DNA from: Mantamonas sphyraenae STR306
Taxonomy: Eukaryota; Protista; CRuMs
Reading direction: 5' to 3'
Assembly (NCBI GenBank): GCA_026936335.1
Contig: JAPMXV010000032.1
Coordinates: 310,001-374,000, forward strand
DNA length: 64,000 nucleotides
Shown: piece by piece, positions 11,858 to 23,244 of the stretch
Layout of the letters: every line of letters begins with the position of its first letter
Position numbering within the stretch: position 1 is the stretch's first letter
Notes under the pieces: model-generated
Seen by the model: only the letters and a program-made list of their open reading frames with translations
The model's database searches: none
Told to the model about the DNA's origin: nothing
Translations under genes and position numbers: made by a program

Positions 11858-13730
11858 ATGTCCCAGGCAGCCGAAGACTCATCAGCAACGGGCAGCAACG
11901 AGGCACTGGAGGAAACAAAGGAACAAGGACAGACGCCGCAGGTGCAGGTGACTGAGGAGGAGGACACGGGGGCGGACGAGGTGGTGGAGGAGATCATCGA
12001 AGAGATTGTGGAAGAGATTGTGGAGGAGGAGGAGGAGGAGGACAACGATGACGTGGAGGATGTGGGTGGGGATGATGACGATGATGAGGATGGGGATGAA
12101 GGACAGGCGGGAAAGGCGTCGTCGCCGGCATTGTTGAACGTGGGCCAATCGAAGCAGGGTCGCTCTGGGAGCGTGAGCAGTGTGAGCAGCGCCATTGAGG
12201 ACGACACGATCCGTGCGGCCCTTGCGTTTGTGTCTTATGCACACAAAGAGGGCGTTGCATATGAGGGCAATGTGCTGTTCAACATCACAGACAAGAACAG
12301 CAGCGAGGTGATCATCCGCTCGATCGTCACGACTCCTGAACAGGCCTATGTGACGGCGGAAACGTTCTCCAGCTACGCGTGCGAGGCCACAGTGGAGCGC
12401 GACGTGCTGATTTCCATTGTGGCGGGTCTGATGGCACCCTCCATGGCCCTCATGTTTGGCCAAATCCAGGTCTCTGACGTCAACGAGCTGAAGAAGTTTA
12501 GCGATGCGTTTGACTTTTCGCGAGCCAAGTTTGAAGAGTGTACGTTTGCCTGTGACGGCCTGTTTTCGAGACGGTGGGGTGGTGATGGGGCTGTGTGTAG
12601 GGTGCTTGCATGTCCTTCATTTGTGTGTGTGTGTGTGTGTGTGTGATGTGAGAGTGAGAGGTGGCACCCTGGCGGGGCGATTGATTGCAGGGCGGAGGGA
12701 ACATCGCTGCGCACGCCTGTGCACGGGGGCCCAGCGGGGAGAGGAATGTGCACAGAAGGGACGGGGATGGAGGGAAACCGCATGCGATGCCATGCATGAG
12801 ACATTATCACACGGGGAAATGACTGACACAGGCGCCTGCACCTGTGGTGGGGTGGTTACACACGCAGACAAGCGACGCATTGACGCCGGCGAAATCAGCG
12901 AGGATGGCACAGAGCTGAACAGCGGGGCGGGAGACGCCGGTGTGACGGTGACAGAACCAGGCAGCGGGGAAGGAGGCAGCAGCAGCGGAGGTGGAAGCAG
13001 CAGCAGCAGCAGCAGCAGCAGCGGTGGCAGTGGAGAAGGTGGAAGCAGCAGCGGCAGCGGCAGCGGAAGCGAAAGCAGTGGATTGAGCCAGCTGTCAAAG
13101 AGGGTGGAGAAGCAGGTGGAACACTTTAAGAAGAGCGAAAAGTATGCGGCCATGGTGGCGTCGTGGGAGGAGAAGAAGGCGAAGCTGAGCCCTGCGGTGG
13201 CCAATGCCAAGGAGTCGTTGAGCAAGAAGTTGGAGGAGTTTAAGCTGGCAGTGAACGGACCAGAGCAGACGTTGCCGCCTGTGCTGACGCCCGAGGAGAT
13301 GGAGGCGTTGCAGAAGGAGAAGGAGGAGAAGCGGGAGCAGGGCAAGGTGGGATTGGCCATGGCGCTGGCGTCGGCAAAGGCATCCACAGCAAGTGAGGGA
13401 CGCATGCGCATGCGCAGTTTGTCGCAAAAGATGTCCTCTGGAGCCCATCGCAAGGGCCTCAAGGGATCGGCCGAGGCGGCGGCGGCGGCGGCAGCAGCAC
13501 GCAAGGCAAAGAAAGGCACGGAGACGCAGGAGCAGCAAGATGATGAGGAGCAGACACTGGACAGGAGCATTGGCAATGGTGAGGAGGAAGAGGAGGAACA
13601 GCAGGTGGTGCTGGATGCGGCAGGGCCGGTTTCCCTGCACATTGTCTCGGAGACCAAGGACAACGAGACCACCAGCACCAGCAGCGGAGTCAGTGTGGAG
13701 GTGACCGATTTGGATGGGAGTGCACAGTGA
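11858..13730 (+). CDS. Acidic low-complexity protein with a putative SCP2 sterol-binding-like domain
   Basis: CEATVERDVLISIVAGLMAPSMALMFGQIQVS resembles the SCP2 fold C-terminus. Intron about 12540-12867 with a (TG)n tract; flanked by E/D- and G/S-rich regions. Confidence 0.6.
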
Positions 13731-13767
13731 AATGGTTTGGCCACCTGCGGGGAGGGGCTTCATTGAT

Positions 13768-16700
13768 TCATTCGTCCAGTAGGGGATCGTGAAGGGTGCC
13801 GCGTGTGCGCCGTGGATGCCACGTCGACCGCATGCGCTTGATGGCCGTCTGTGCACTGTGAAGGACCATGGCCAGAAGCATGGCCACACCCACCAGCATG
13901 GTGACGATGACCACACCGAGGGCGACCACGTTGACGGCGCCTTGGTCGTAGGTGGACATGCTCATCGTCACGGCGCTGCCAGAGACAAAGACTGCAAGGA
14001 GAGTGTACAGGCTCAGCGTTTCCAGTCTGTTGTCCAACTCACGCACAAACGGCAACGTGCGTTGGTGGACCCAGATGGACAGGAGGAGGGTGAGAAAGAG
14101 GACGATGAAAAAGGTCATAGATGCGTAGAAAGGCACTGCGGTGACCAACACAGTGATGACCACGCGCCGTGCGAGCACCACGAGTTCGTACGCCACGTGA
14201 TCGGGTCGGTAGGTGCGGTACAGGAAGCCAAAGGCAGTGTGGGCCCAAGGTTCATCCAGACTGCCCGTGTGCGACAGATACATGAGTGCAGCCGCATCCA
14301 CAAGAGGAAGAAGGACACCCACAAGCACCAACAGTACCCAAGAAGCCTGTTGGACGGCCGATAGGGTTGCGTTCTCCTGATCTGAACCGCGGCACACAAG
14401 GAAGGGCAGTTGGTTCAAGTACGCCCAGTCTCCCGCTGCTGCTGCTGCATCTGTGCACATGAGAAAGCTGAGGCATTGCAACAGGATGGGACCGTAGGCG
14501 ATGTGCAGTGCAAACAGCACCACGCCGACCACACGGTGCTGGAGGTCGGGTTGGCCTGCCCGCGTGTGCCTGGCTCTCGCATCTCGAGCAACTCGTGTCC
14601 GGTGCCCTTGTACCGTCGCCACAGTGCCCATGCCATGGACATGAGGATACCGATGAGCACGAGGGGCACGAGCATGGTGGTGCTGCCGACAAAACCGGCA
14701 CTCCAGCGTTCGGTGTATCCTTCCGGGGCTGCGAACAGGCATTGCACGGAGCTGACAGACAGATTGACAGACGATGCAATGCGATTGACAAAGTCGAGCA
14801 TGGATGCAATGGGACCGTTGTCGCCTGCGTGGTGGTTCTGGGAGCGATTCGCGTGGCGAAGGGCCAAGGCGCAGCGACACAGATGATTTCTCGATGGTGG
14901 CAAGGACCTGCCAAAAGAAGAGGACAATCTTGAGCGTGGCCGACTCGCCTCCGTGGTGAAGTTTCTTGCGTATGACGACAGCCACAAAGACAATGGTGAG
15001 GGTTGCGTAGAGCGCGATTTCCAAGCCAACCTGGAGGTCGGAGGGACATGCCTCACACACGCGGCCGGTTTTGAAGTAGCCGGCGTCACACTCACTGCAC
15101 AACCGGGAGCCATTGCGGTATCCAGGGGCACAGTCGAGGCCATGGGGCTTTGCATCGGCGGCGTTTTGCTGGGCGATCTTGACGCAGGCAGCGGCAACGG
15201 GACACGGAAGCACGGCCCTGTAGTCGTCTGTGTGTGGCGCCGTTACCACACGACAGCCTTGGATGGTGCCTCGTGTGCATCGGCAGTCTGCAAACTGCTC
15301 GGGGCACGGAGGCAGGATTCGCGGAAGCCAAAGAATCGATCGGCACAGGTGCACACCTCGATCCAATTGCTGGGATCCATGAGGAACTGGAGCGACTGGC
15401 CGTCTCGGCGTTGGATGGCACGGCAGCTCACGTTGCCAAACTGATTGGTGTCGGAGGAGCTGCCAAGGAGGAAGCTGGTGTCGCCCTGCGACAGGTCCAT
15501 GGGTGTGTTGCGGATGTCCACGTAGGACAATCCAACACTGGAGGTCATGGACGTGGGGAATCCGCCTGAGATGCCGCTGTGCTGGACCTCAAGGCGTTGA
15601 AGATTTTCCAAACCGCTCCAGCCGTCCATGCGACCCGAGAGCGACGTGTTGGACAGCTTGAGTTGCTGCAACGATGGAAGACGCAGGTAGGTGGTGTCTC
15701 CACGCATGATTGGGTTGTTGGAGAGGTCGAGCGTGGTGAGGATGGGCAAGGCATCGTCGAGATCCAACCTGTCGATGTGATTGTTTGCCGCGTGGAGTTC
15801 CACGAGAGACTGCGGGAATGCGCTGAAGGAGATCAAACCACGAATGCGGTTGTGATTGGCACGAAGTGTGCTCAGAGACGGTGGAAGACCTGGTGACAAT
15901 TCGAGGATCGAGTTGTTTGTCAGATCCAACACAAGCAGGTTCTTCAAGCGCAGCAGAAATGGGTACTCCAGAAGACTGTTGGATGAAACGTCCAGTGAAG
16001 CGAGCTGTGTGAGCTTCAGGATGGATGGTGGCATTTCGGCGAGTCGGTTGTCGGCCAGGGTCAGTGTCTGGAGTTTCTGCAGTTGGCCCAGGGACTCGGG
16101 CAAAGAAGTCAATTGGTTGTGGGACAAGTCCAAGCTGTGGAGATTGTGCATCGAGCCGATGGACAACGGGAGGAGATCGAGCTGGTTGGAGACGACGGAG
16201 AAGGCCTCCAGTTTGATCCAGTTTGCCGATCGTCTCTGGCAAGCTGGTGAGTCGATTGTGGGTGACGAGGAGATAACCGAGACTGGTCATGTTGCCAATG
16301 GATGGCGGGAGATCAGTGAGGTTGTTGAAGCTGATGTAGAGGGATTTGACAAATGTGCAATCCCCGATGGCATCGGGGAGACGCTGCAGGTTGTTGTTGG
16401 ACAGTTCGACAAAGAAGAGAGCCTTCAACTTGCCGATGCAAGATGGAAGCGAACGCAAGCGGTTGTTGGAGGCGTAGAGGAAGGTGAGGGCGGTGAGGTT
16501 GCAGACACTGTCAGGCAGCGATTCCAAGTTGTTGTTGCTCACACCGAGCGTGTTGAGGTTGGCCATGGTGCCAACGTACGCAGGGACACCAGAGGCTGAC
16601 AGCTGGTTGTTGGAAACGTCCAAGATCTCGAGCCGTTGCAGGTTGGCCATGGAATCGGGAAGTGCGCTGATGGAGTTGTCATGTGCATCCAGCGTGCGCA

Positions 16701-18181
16701 GACGGAGAAGATTACCCAGGGCTGAGGGAAGCGTGCGGAGCATGTTGTTGGACACGTACAGACGGGTCAAATTGACCATGTTGGCCACCTGCGGCGGAAG
16801 GGTGCTGATGGCGTTGTAGCTGAAATCGATGAAATCCAGCTCAGGAAGGTGGCAGAGGGACACCGGGAAGTCGTCCATGCGATTGTCGTTTGCACGAAGG
16901 GATTTCAAGCTGAGTCAGCTGGCCAATGGGATGGACCAAGCGATGTGATGCGATTGCTGGAGACGTCGATGTGTTGCACTGCAGCGGCAAAGCGGGGAGG
17001 TCGACGAGGAAGTTGTTGGTGAGTGTGAGTGTGGTCAATGACACCAAGGGGCTCATGTCGGGCAGCTGGGCAAGCTGGTTGTTCGACAGGTCGAGGAGGG
17101 TGAGGGATGTGAGAGCGGCAATCTCGGAGGGCAGCATTCGCAATCGGTTGTCGAACAGACGAAGGAACCGGCACCATTTCCAGTTGGCGATGCTTGCGGG
17201 CAACGTGAGGAGGGCATTGAACGAGACATCGACAGTTGTGAGGTTGAGGTCGCCGATGGTGTCAGGAAGCGAGGTGAGCCTGTTTGCATCCAACGTTAGC
17301 GTGGAAACACCACGAAGGGAGCCGATAGAGTCTGGAAGGCTCTGGAGTAGATTGTTGTTGAGGTGGATGGAGGACAAGGTTGTGATGGTGGTGAGAGAGT
17401 GCGGGAGAACGATGAGCAAGTTCTTGGAAAGGCGAAGTTCCTTGAGGCTGGTCAGCTGCCCAATTGCCGACGGAAGAATTCGCAGGTTGTTCTTTGAGAG
17501 ATCCACAAAGGTAAGGGTGGACAGGTTGCAGAAGGAGGACGGAAGGACTTGCAGGCGGTTTGCAGTTGCCTTGAGTTGTTGCAGCTTCGACAACATGCCA
17601 AGCCAGGTCGGCAAGCTTTGCAACCTGTTGTCGGAGATGTCCAGAACCTCCAGGTTCACAAGACTGTGAATGAAGGGCGGAAATTGGACCAGGTTGTTGC
17701 CGTAGAGGATGAGGGAAACCAACTGCGTGAGATTGCCCAGGCACTGTGGCACCATGGTTTGCCCAACTTGCGGTAGACCAACCTCTCGCAGGGAATGTAC
17801 AGTACAAAGCCACGTAGGGGGCTGTTGCAGCATGACACCGTTGAATTCGACGCCAGCGAGGCCCGGGATTCCGGCGAGGGTGTTGCCAGCGACGTCAGGG
17901 AACACACCGCCGTACTGGCGCCATTTCCATGGCACCTGCACATTGCCACAGCACACGTCCGAGGTGTTGAGTCCCGGGAAGGGGCTTCTGCACTCGACGC
18001 CTTGCCAGAGGCAAAAGCACAGATCCTGGTCAACTGCACTGTTCATCTGCTGCGCAAAGGTCACCATGCGGTCCCTCTGTGTGCAGTCCGCACGTACTCC
18101 GTGGATATGCACGGAGCACAGGAGCATCAGGAGGATGCAGAGGACCTGGGCATGGTGGATGCCCGAATGCAGCAGCGGCAT
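13768..18181 (-). CDS. Large LRR-ectodomain, Cys-rich, multi-pass membrane receptor-like protein (several apparent frameshifts)
   Basis: Signal peptide; CFCLWQGVEC cap; more than 30 LxxLxLxxNxLxxLP repeats spread over three ORFs; CAPGY...LCSECDAGYF...CEACP; TM region with FGFLYRTYRP...YELVVLARR. Frame changes near 16980, 16930, 16905, 16218, 15245, 14850 and 14550. Confidence 0.8.
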
Positions 18182-18313
18182 CGACCCGACCCACGTGTCG
18201 TCACAAGTTTTTTGTGGTTGGCAATGGGGGGGGGGGGACAAGAGGAAGGGACGACGAGAAGGGGAGGGTGTGCACTTGAAAGGGTTGTACGTGAAGTAGT
18301 GGGTACGATTTGA

Positions 18314-19132
18314 TCAAACATTGGTCATTTCTGCTTGGTGCTGTTGTTGTTCGGCCGCAAGCTCGTCCTCGACGCGCTTGACGGCACGACGGCCAAACCA
18401 GGAGAGGCCGACGAGAAGGAGGACGGCAGCCACAATCTGCAGGATGAGGGACACCGTGGAAATGGTGTCCAGCTGGGCCTCACCGGAAAACACGTCGGAC
18501 AGCTGCTCCGCCAGCGTGCCTGTGTACAGCATTGCCAGCGCATAGGGAAAGCCCACCACCCACGACGCACCGGCACTCTTCCACCAGATGATATCACTGA
18601 CGCCCAACAGGCCGTTGATGAGACCCGTTGTGAGGGGCGAGTAGCGCAGCAGGATGACCAGCGCCAACCACTTTTGGCTGGCCTGTGCGTTCAGGGCATC
18701 AAATTTGCGCTTGAAACTCTCGCCTTGGTTCTCCAGGACGGCGTACATGTTGCGACGGAGCCATGTGCGTGCGACCCAAATGCTGGTGGAGTACCCGAGG
18801 GCGTTTGCGGCCAAGACGATGACGGTGCCCCAATCGATGCCAAACACAAAGCCAATGGCAATGACCGTCCACGAGTAGGCGCCGACCACAAAGAAGGGCT
18901 GGTGAATGAGCAGCAGCATGACACCAAAGAGCACCCCACCCCACGGGCCCATGGAGGCGTTCAGTTCCGCAAACTCCCGAAGGGGCCCGCCGAACACAAG
19001 GAACACCACTGTGCCCGTCATCACAAGAAACACAAGCACACTCAACACAGCCTTGCGTTTCTGATTGCTCGGTTGCTTACTCCCGCCGTTTTCCTCTTGG
19101 TCTTCCTTGCCCTCCACATATATGTCGCTCAT
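18314..19132 (-). CDS. DedA/VTT-domain membrane protein (TMEM64/Tvp38-like), paralog 1
   Basis: AIGFVFGIDWG, LLRYSPLTTGLINGLLGVS (DedA R-xx-P...N motif), multiple TM helices. Confidence 0.8.
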   Translation of the reverse strand: MSDIYVEGKEDQEENGGSKQPSNQKRKAVLSVLVFLVMTGTVVFLVFGGPLREFAELNASMGPWGGVLFGVMLLLIHQPFFVVGAYSWTVIAIGFVFGIDWGTVIVLAANALGYSTSIWVARTWLRRNMYAVLENQGESFKRKFDALNAQASQKWLALVILLRYSPLTTGLINGLLGVSDIIWWKSAGASWVVGFPYALAMLYTGTLAEQLSDVFSGEAQLDTISTVSLILQIVAAVLLLVGLSWFGRRAVKRVEDELAAEQQQHQAEMTNV

Positions 19133-19172
19133 TGGCGCGGCGGTCGCGCGAAGCCAGCAAACCCTCCTCCTT

Positions 19173-20058
19173 TCATTCATTGGTCCCTCTCTCTCTCTTC
19201 CGTTCGCCCTCGTGTGGGTTGCGATGGGTGCCAGCCACGGCAACAGGCCCCTCTGCTTGTTGCTGGTGCTGGTGTTGGTGCTGGGGCTCGGCGTCGTCAT
19301 CGTCGCCGCCGTCGTTTGCCTCGTCCTGCACACGTGCCCACGCTCTGCGAGCGGCAAACGCCATCAACACAGAGAGGAGCACCATGGTGACGGATTGGGC
19401 GATCAGAGACACGAGGTTAATGCCCTCCAAGCGCTGTGCAGAGTCGTCAAAGAGAACGGCGACGTCGGAGACAAGGGAGGCCGCCCACAGCCAGAGACAG
19501 GCGTAGGGGACACCGGAGAGGGATGCCACACTGACCAACTTCCACATGGGCACACTTTCCTTATCGAGTAGAAGGGCCAGGAGGAGGTTGAGGACGCCTG
19601 TGGGCATGGGAAGATTGCGGACAAGGACAATCACTTTGACCTCGCCCAGGTCGTCCAGTGCCATACGAAGCACCCTGAAACGACGCATCCCAGTGTCGTA
19701 GTGGCTGCTTGCCAGCCGGCTGCGTAGTGAATCGCCAAAGGCACGTGCGACGACAATGGCAAGCCAGTGGCCCGGAAAACTGACGGCAAAGACAAGCACC
19801 AGACCCAGGGCAAACCCAAACACCAAACCAAACATGACAATGACGGCTGTGTACACGGCAACCACCACCCAGGGCTGGTGGACGACGATGAGCAGGGCAG
19901 ACAGGATCAGACCCACCCAGGGGCCTTGCGAACGCAGCCACACCAGTGCCTGCTCCAGAAGGCCGTCCACCACCAAATAGGCGGAACCCACCGCAAGCAG
20001 GGCGATGAAAACGACAGCCAACACGGCTTTGGCCGTGTGGTGCCACTTTGGGATCATG
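19173..20058 (-). CDS. DedA/VTT-domain membrane protein (TMEM64/Tvp38-like), paralog 2
   Basis: Shares GPW...HQP with paralog 1; MFGLVFGFALG; LVRNLPMPTGVLNLLLA. Confidence 0.78.
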
Positions 20059-20115
20059 CGATGGAAGGGGGCATTTGGGATGGGAGCGGTGGTGGGGGAT
20101 TCTACTTCTTCTTCT

Positions 20116-21600
20116 TCATGCTTCAATCTCCACCTCCACGTCACCGTCTCCTTCTTCTTCTTGCCCTTGCCCATCATCATCTTCCTCCACGTCGTCGTTG
20201 TCACCCACATCCATCTCGTCCAGCTGCTTCAGATGCCGCAGCCACTCTGAATTCTTTGAGATCTGCGACTTGCGCACAGCGATGTATCGCGTGGCGTTTG
20301 GATTCAGCTTCTTCATCGCCGCCTTTGCTTCAGCGAGTTCGGTGCGACACAAACTGCGAAGCTTCTCTTTGTCCAGGAGGGGCTCTGCTTGCGGCACATT
20401 GCGGATCTTGGCCAAAGTCTTGCCAAAGTCGAGGGAATTGTGACTCTCGTTGCCATTTCGACTTGCCTGCGACAGCGTCACCAGCAATGTGGTTAGGGCA
20501 TGGCCATCAAACGACGCTCGCAGCATCACGGTGAGGTAGTTCATGAGAATCGTCCGCTGGGCCACGTTGCCCACACTCTTTTTCCCACGCAATTGGCGTT
20601 CCAGCTCTTCCTGCTGTACATCAACACACTGGCTAAGAAAGTGAAGAGACCAATTGGCGAAAATGCCTTCCCACCCTTCCACAGACGCCTTGTTGCTCAT
20701 AGCGGCCGCTTCTTCCGTCCTCGCATTGTTCTTCCCGGTGCTACGTTCGCTGCCCATCATGTCAAAGATCTGAAAGTTGCTGATCTGGACCTTCATCACC
20801 GACATGCTCCTGGATCAGCTGGAAGATCGTCACGCAATGCGACCGCGAGCTGCTCTCGTTCATCCGCGTCGCTCCAGACGTGCGCTTCTCTGCAAAGGCG
20901 GCAAACCTCATCACGTCGCTTGGCGTTTTCAAACGGAATCCTTTCACCCCGTGCAACTCGCCGTCCGTCCCAGCCGTGGTTTCTGCATCTCGAATCAAAT
21001 CGTAAAGATTCCACAGCCGCAACTCCACCATTTGGCCCACCAGAACAAACTTGCGCGTCCCATTTGCCACCAAGGCATCCATACGTTCCAGAATGTCGCA
21101 TCCAATGCGGATCATCAGACCCACCTCGTCTGAAACCTCCAGTTCCAACTCCTGATCCTCGTCTCCCGCGTTTTCTCCCTTCCTGCTCTTCTTCAATTGC
21201 TTCGTAATGTCGTCCAACGTGTCCGGTGGACCAAAGATGGTGTGTGTCTTCCCACTTCCCGTCTGACCAAACGCCAGCAAGTTGACCGGGAAGCCCTGGA
21301 CAAACTTGTCCACCAGCGGCTTGCCAACCGTCTCAAACACCTCCTCCTGGTCCTCCTCCGGCTCAAACACACGCTCCAGGTAGTCATAGGTGCGTTCTTG
21401 TCCCCCTGGCGGGACATCACCACCTGTTCCTTGTCGAAATCCACAATGTTCCACTCTGAAGAACCGTTTTCGGATGAATTCCCAGGCTCCGCGTCCAGAG
21501 GCTTGATGCGAGCAAACATTCGGGCATTGACCAGGTCTTCCTCCTTAAGTCTGCGTGACTTGGGTTTCTTCTTGTTCGATACCCGGCCCTTGGTGGACAT
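20116..21600 (-). CDS. Divergent kinesin motor-domain protein (two apparent frameshifts)
   Basis: MFARIKPL, VFEPEEDQEEVF, P-loop FGQTGSGKTHT, switch I NESSSRSH, switch II DMMGSER; frame changes near 21405 and 20790. Confidence 0.88.
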
Positions 21601-21666
21601 TTGGCACAAGGGGAGGTTTTGGAGAAGAGTTGCCTCGTGCGACGCTTGTCACCCGTGCATGTTCAA

Positions 21667-23243
21667 TCAAGGCTCCCACGTCTCACCCAACCACTCCAAC
21701 ACACGTTCCATCACCTCGTCTGGCAATGTGACCCACTGTGCACTTGGCGTGTAGCCGTCCATGCCACCTGCCTCGAACATCACCTCGCGTTCGAGCTCGT
21801 TCATCACAAGTGTGGTCTCCACGGCCACGTCCACTCTCTCAATCCACAGCCAATGCCACGCACGGCGCCATCCACCCACGTGCAACTTGTGCACAATCTT
21901 GTCGCTCAGCCAGTGTCCACGTGCTCCACGCCGTCGCAGAAACGCCAACAACTCTTCCCCACGATCTTCCAGCATGATGGCCTCCTCCAATGCACTCAAT
22001 GTGAATTGTGACCCCGCTGTGGTGTCCACAGGCACCCCCTTGCCCAGTTCCTTGCGCACCCCTTCCACGTCACCCTGCCGTGCTGCCGCAAGCATTGCCT
22101 TTGCGTCGCGCAGGTTCCTGTCCATGTGCTCTTGACCTGGGATGGCCCTCGGACGTCCAAACAGCCCGACGTTGCACGTGGCATGGTTGTCGCTCGTCAC
22201 CACAGGGATGCCCTCGCGAACGATCACGTTCACCACGTGAGGGCAGGTGTCATCACTGCCCAACCCGTCAATTTGCAGCAGGCGCATGCCGTGGGAGGCA
22301 GCTACCACTGCGTCGAGGTGTTCGGTGTCGATCTCGTTGCTATCCATGCGCACAGTGTGCACGTCGGGCAACATCGACGCCAAACACATCGCTGCTTCGT
22401 TGCCCATGCCCACGTACACTAAATCCAGTGCCCCAACCTTGCCTCGAATCATGTTGAACACGTCCATGAGAACATCATCAGACCACCTTCCGTTTGCGAG
22501 CGAGAGGGAAGGCAGGATGCCACCCTGCACAACACACCACTCCCGCAGTTCCCTTTGCACAGCCCTCACGTGTGCCTCCTGACGATCCGAAATCATCTTC
22601 TTCACATTGGCCACCGGTTTCTGCGGCGTCTCTGCTTCCGTATGCACCTCAATTTGTTCCTTCTTGCCTTTACCAAATCGCCGTGGCTTGTGCGACGACG
22701 TGGGTCCCACAGTGAGCCAATGGGCCACACGCATGGCCAGCATTGGGTCATGAAACACCATGAGCAGCGACTCCACGGCCTCATCCACCTCTTTCGGCTC
22801 GGCAAAGTGTGTTTCAGGCGACCACGGCACCGTGCGACGTTCCTGCCCTCTCTTCCCACGCAATGTCTCGACAAACCATGTGCAATCCTCCTGCGACAGC
22901 TCACATACGTTGGTTCCGCTCGCAAGAAGTGTGCTTCGACTCCCCTCGAAATCGCACTGCTGTTGCTGTGCCCGTGTTCAAGCAGCACCCACACACACTC
23001 ATGGTGGTCTCCTGAACACGCATACGCCATGGCAGAGTCCCCATTCGCATCTACGTCCTCCACCGGTGCACCAGCTTCCAACAAAATCCATGCCTTGTCT
23101 GCTCGCCCCGCGCCACAAGCGAGCATCAACGGTGTCGCTCCCGACCTCTCGTCTCGTTCATGCACATCCACTTGCCGCACACGTTCTGCCTTGCCAAATC
23201 GCCCACACACCTTTTGCCAACTGTTTCTGGTTTGCTTGGACAT
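21667..23243 (-). CDS. Ankyrin-repeat protein with a possible short LRR-like middle region
   Basis: GATPLMLAC...LLEAGA, DANGDSAMAYAC...LLEHG, MLAAARQGDVEGVRKELGKG. Frame change near 22860-22900. Confidence 0.7.
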
Positions 23244-23244
23244 T

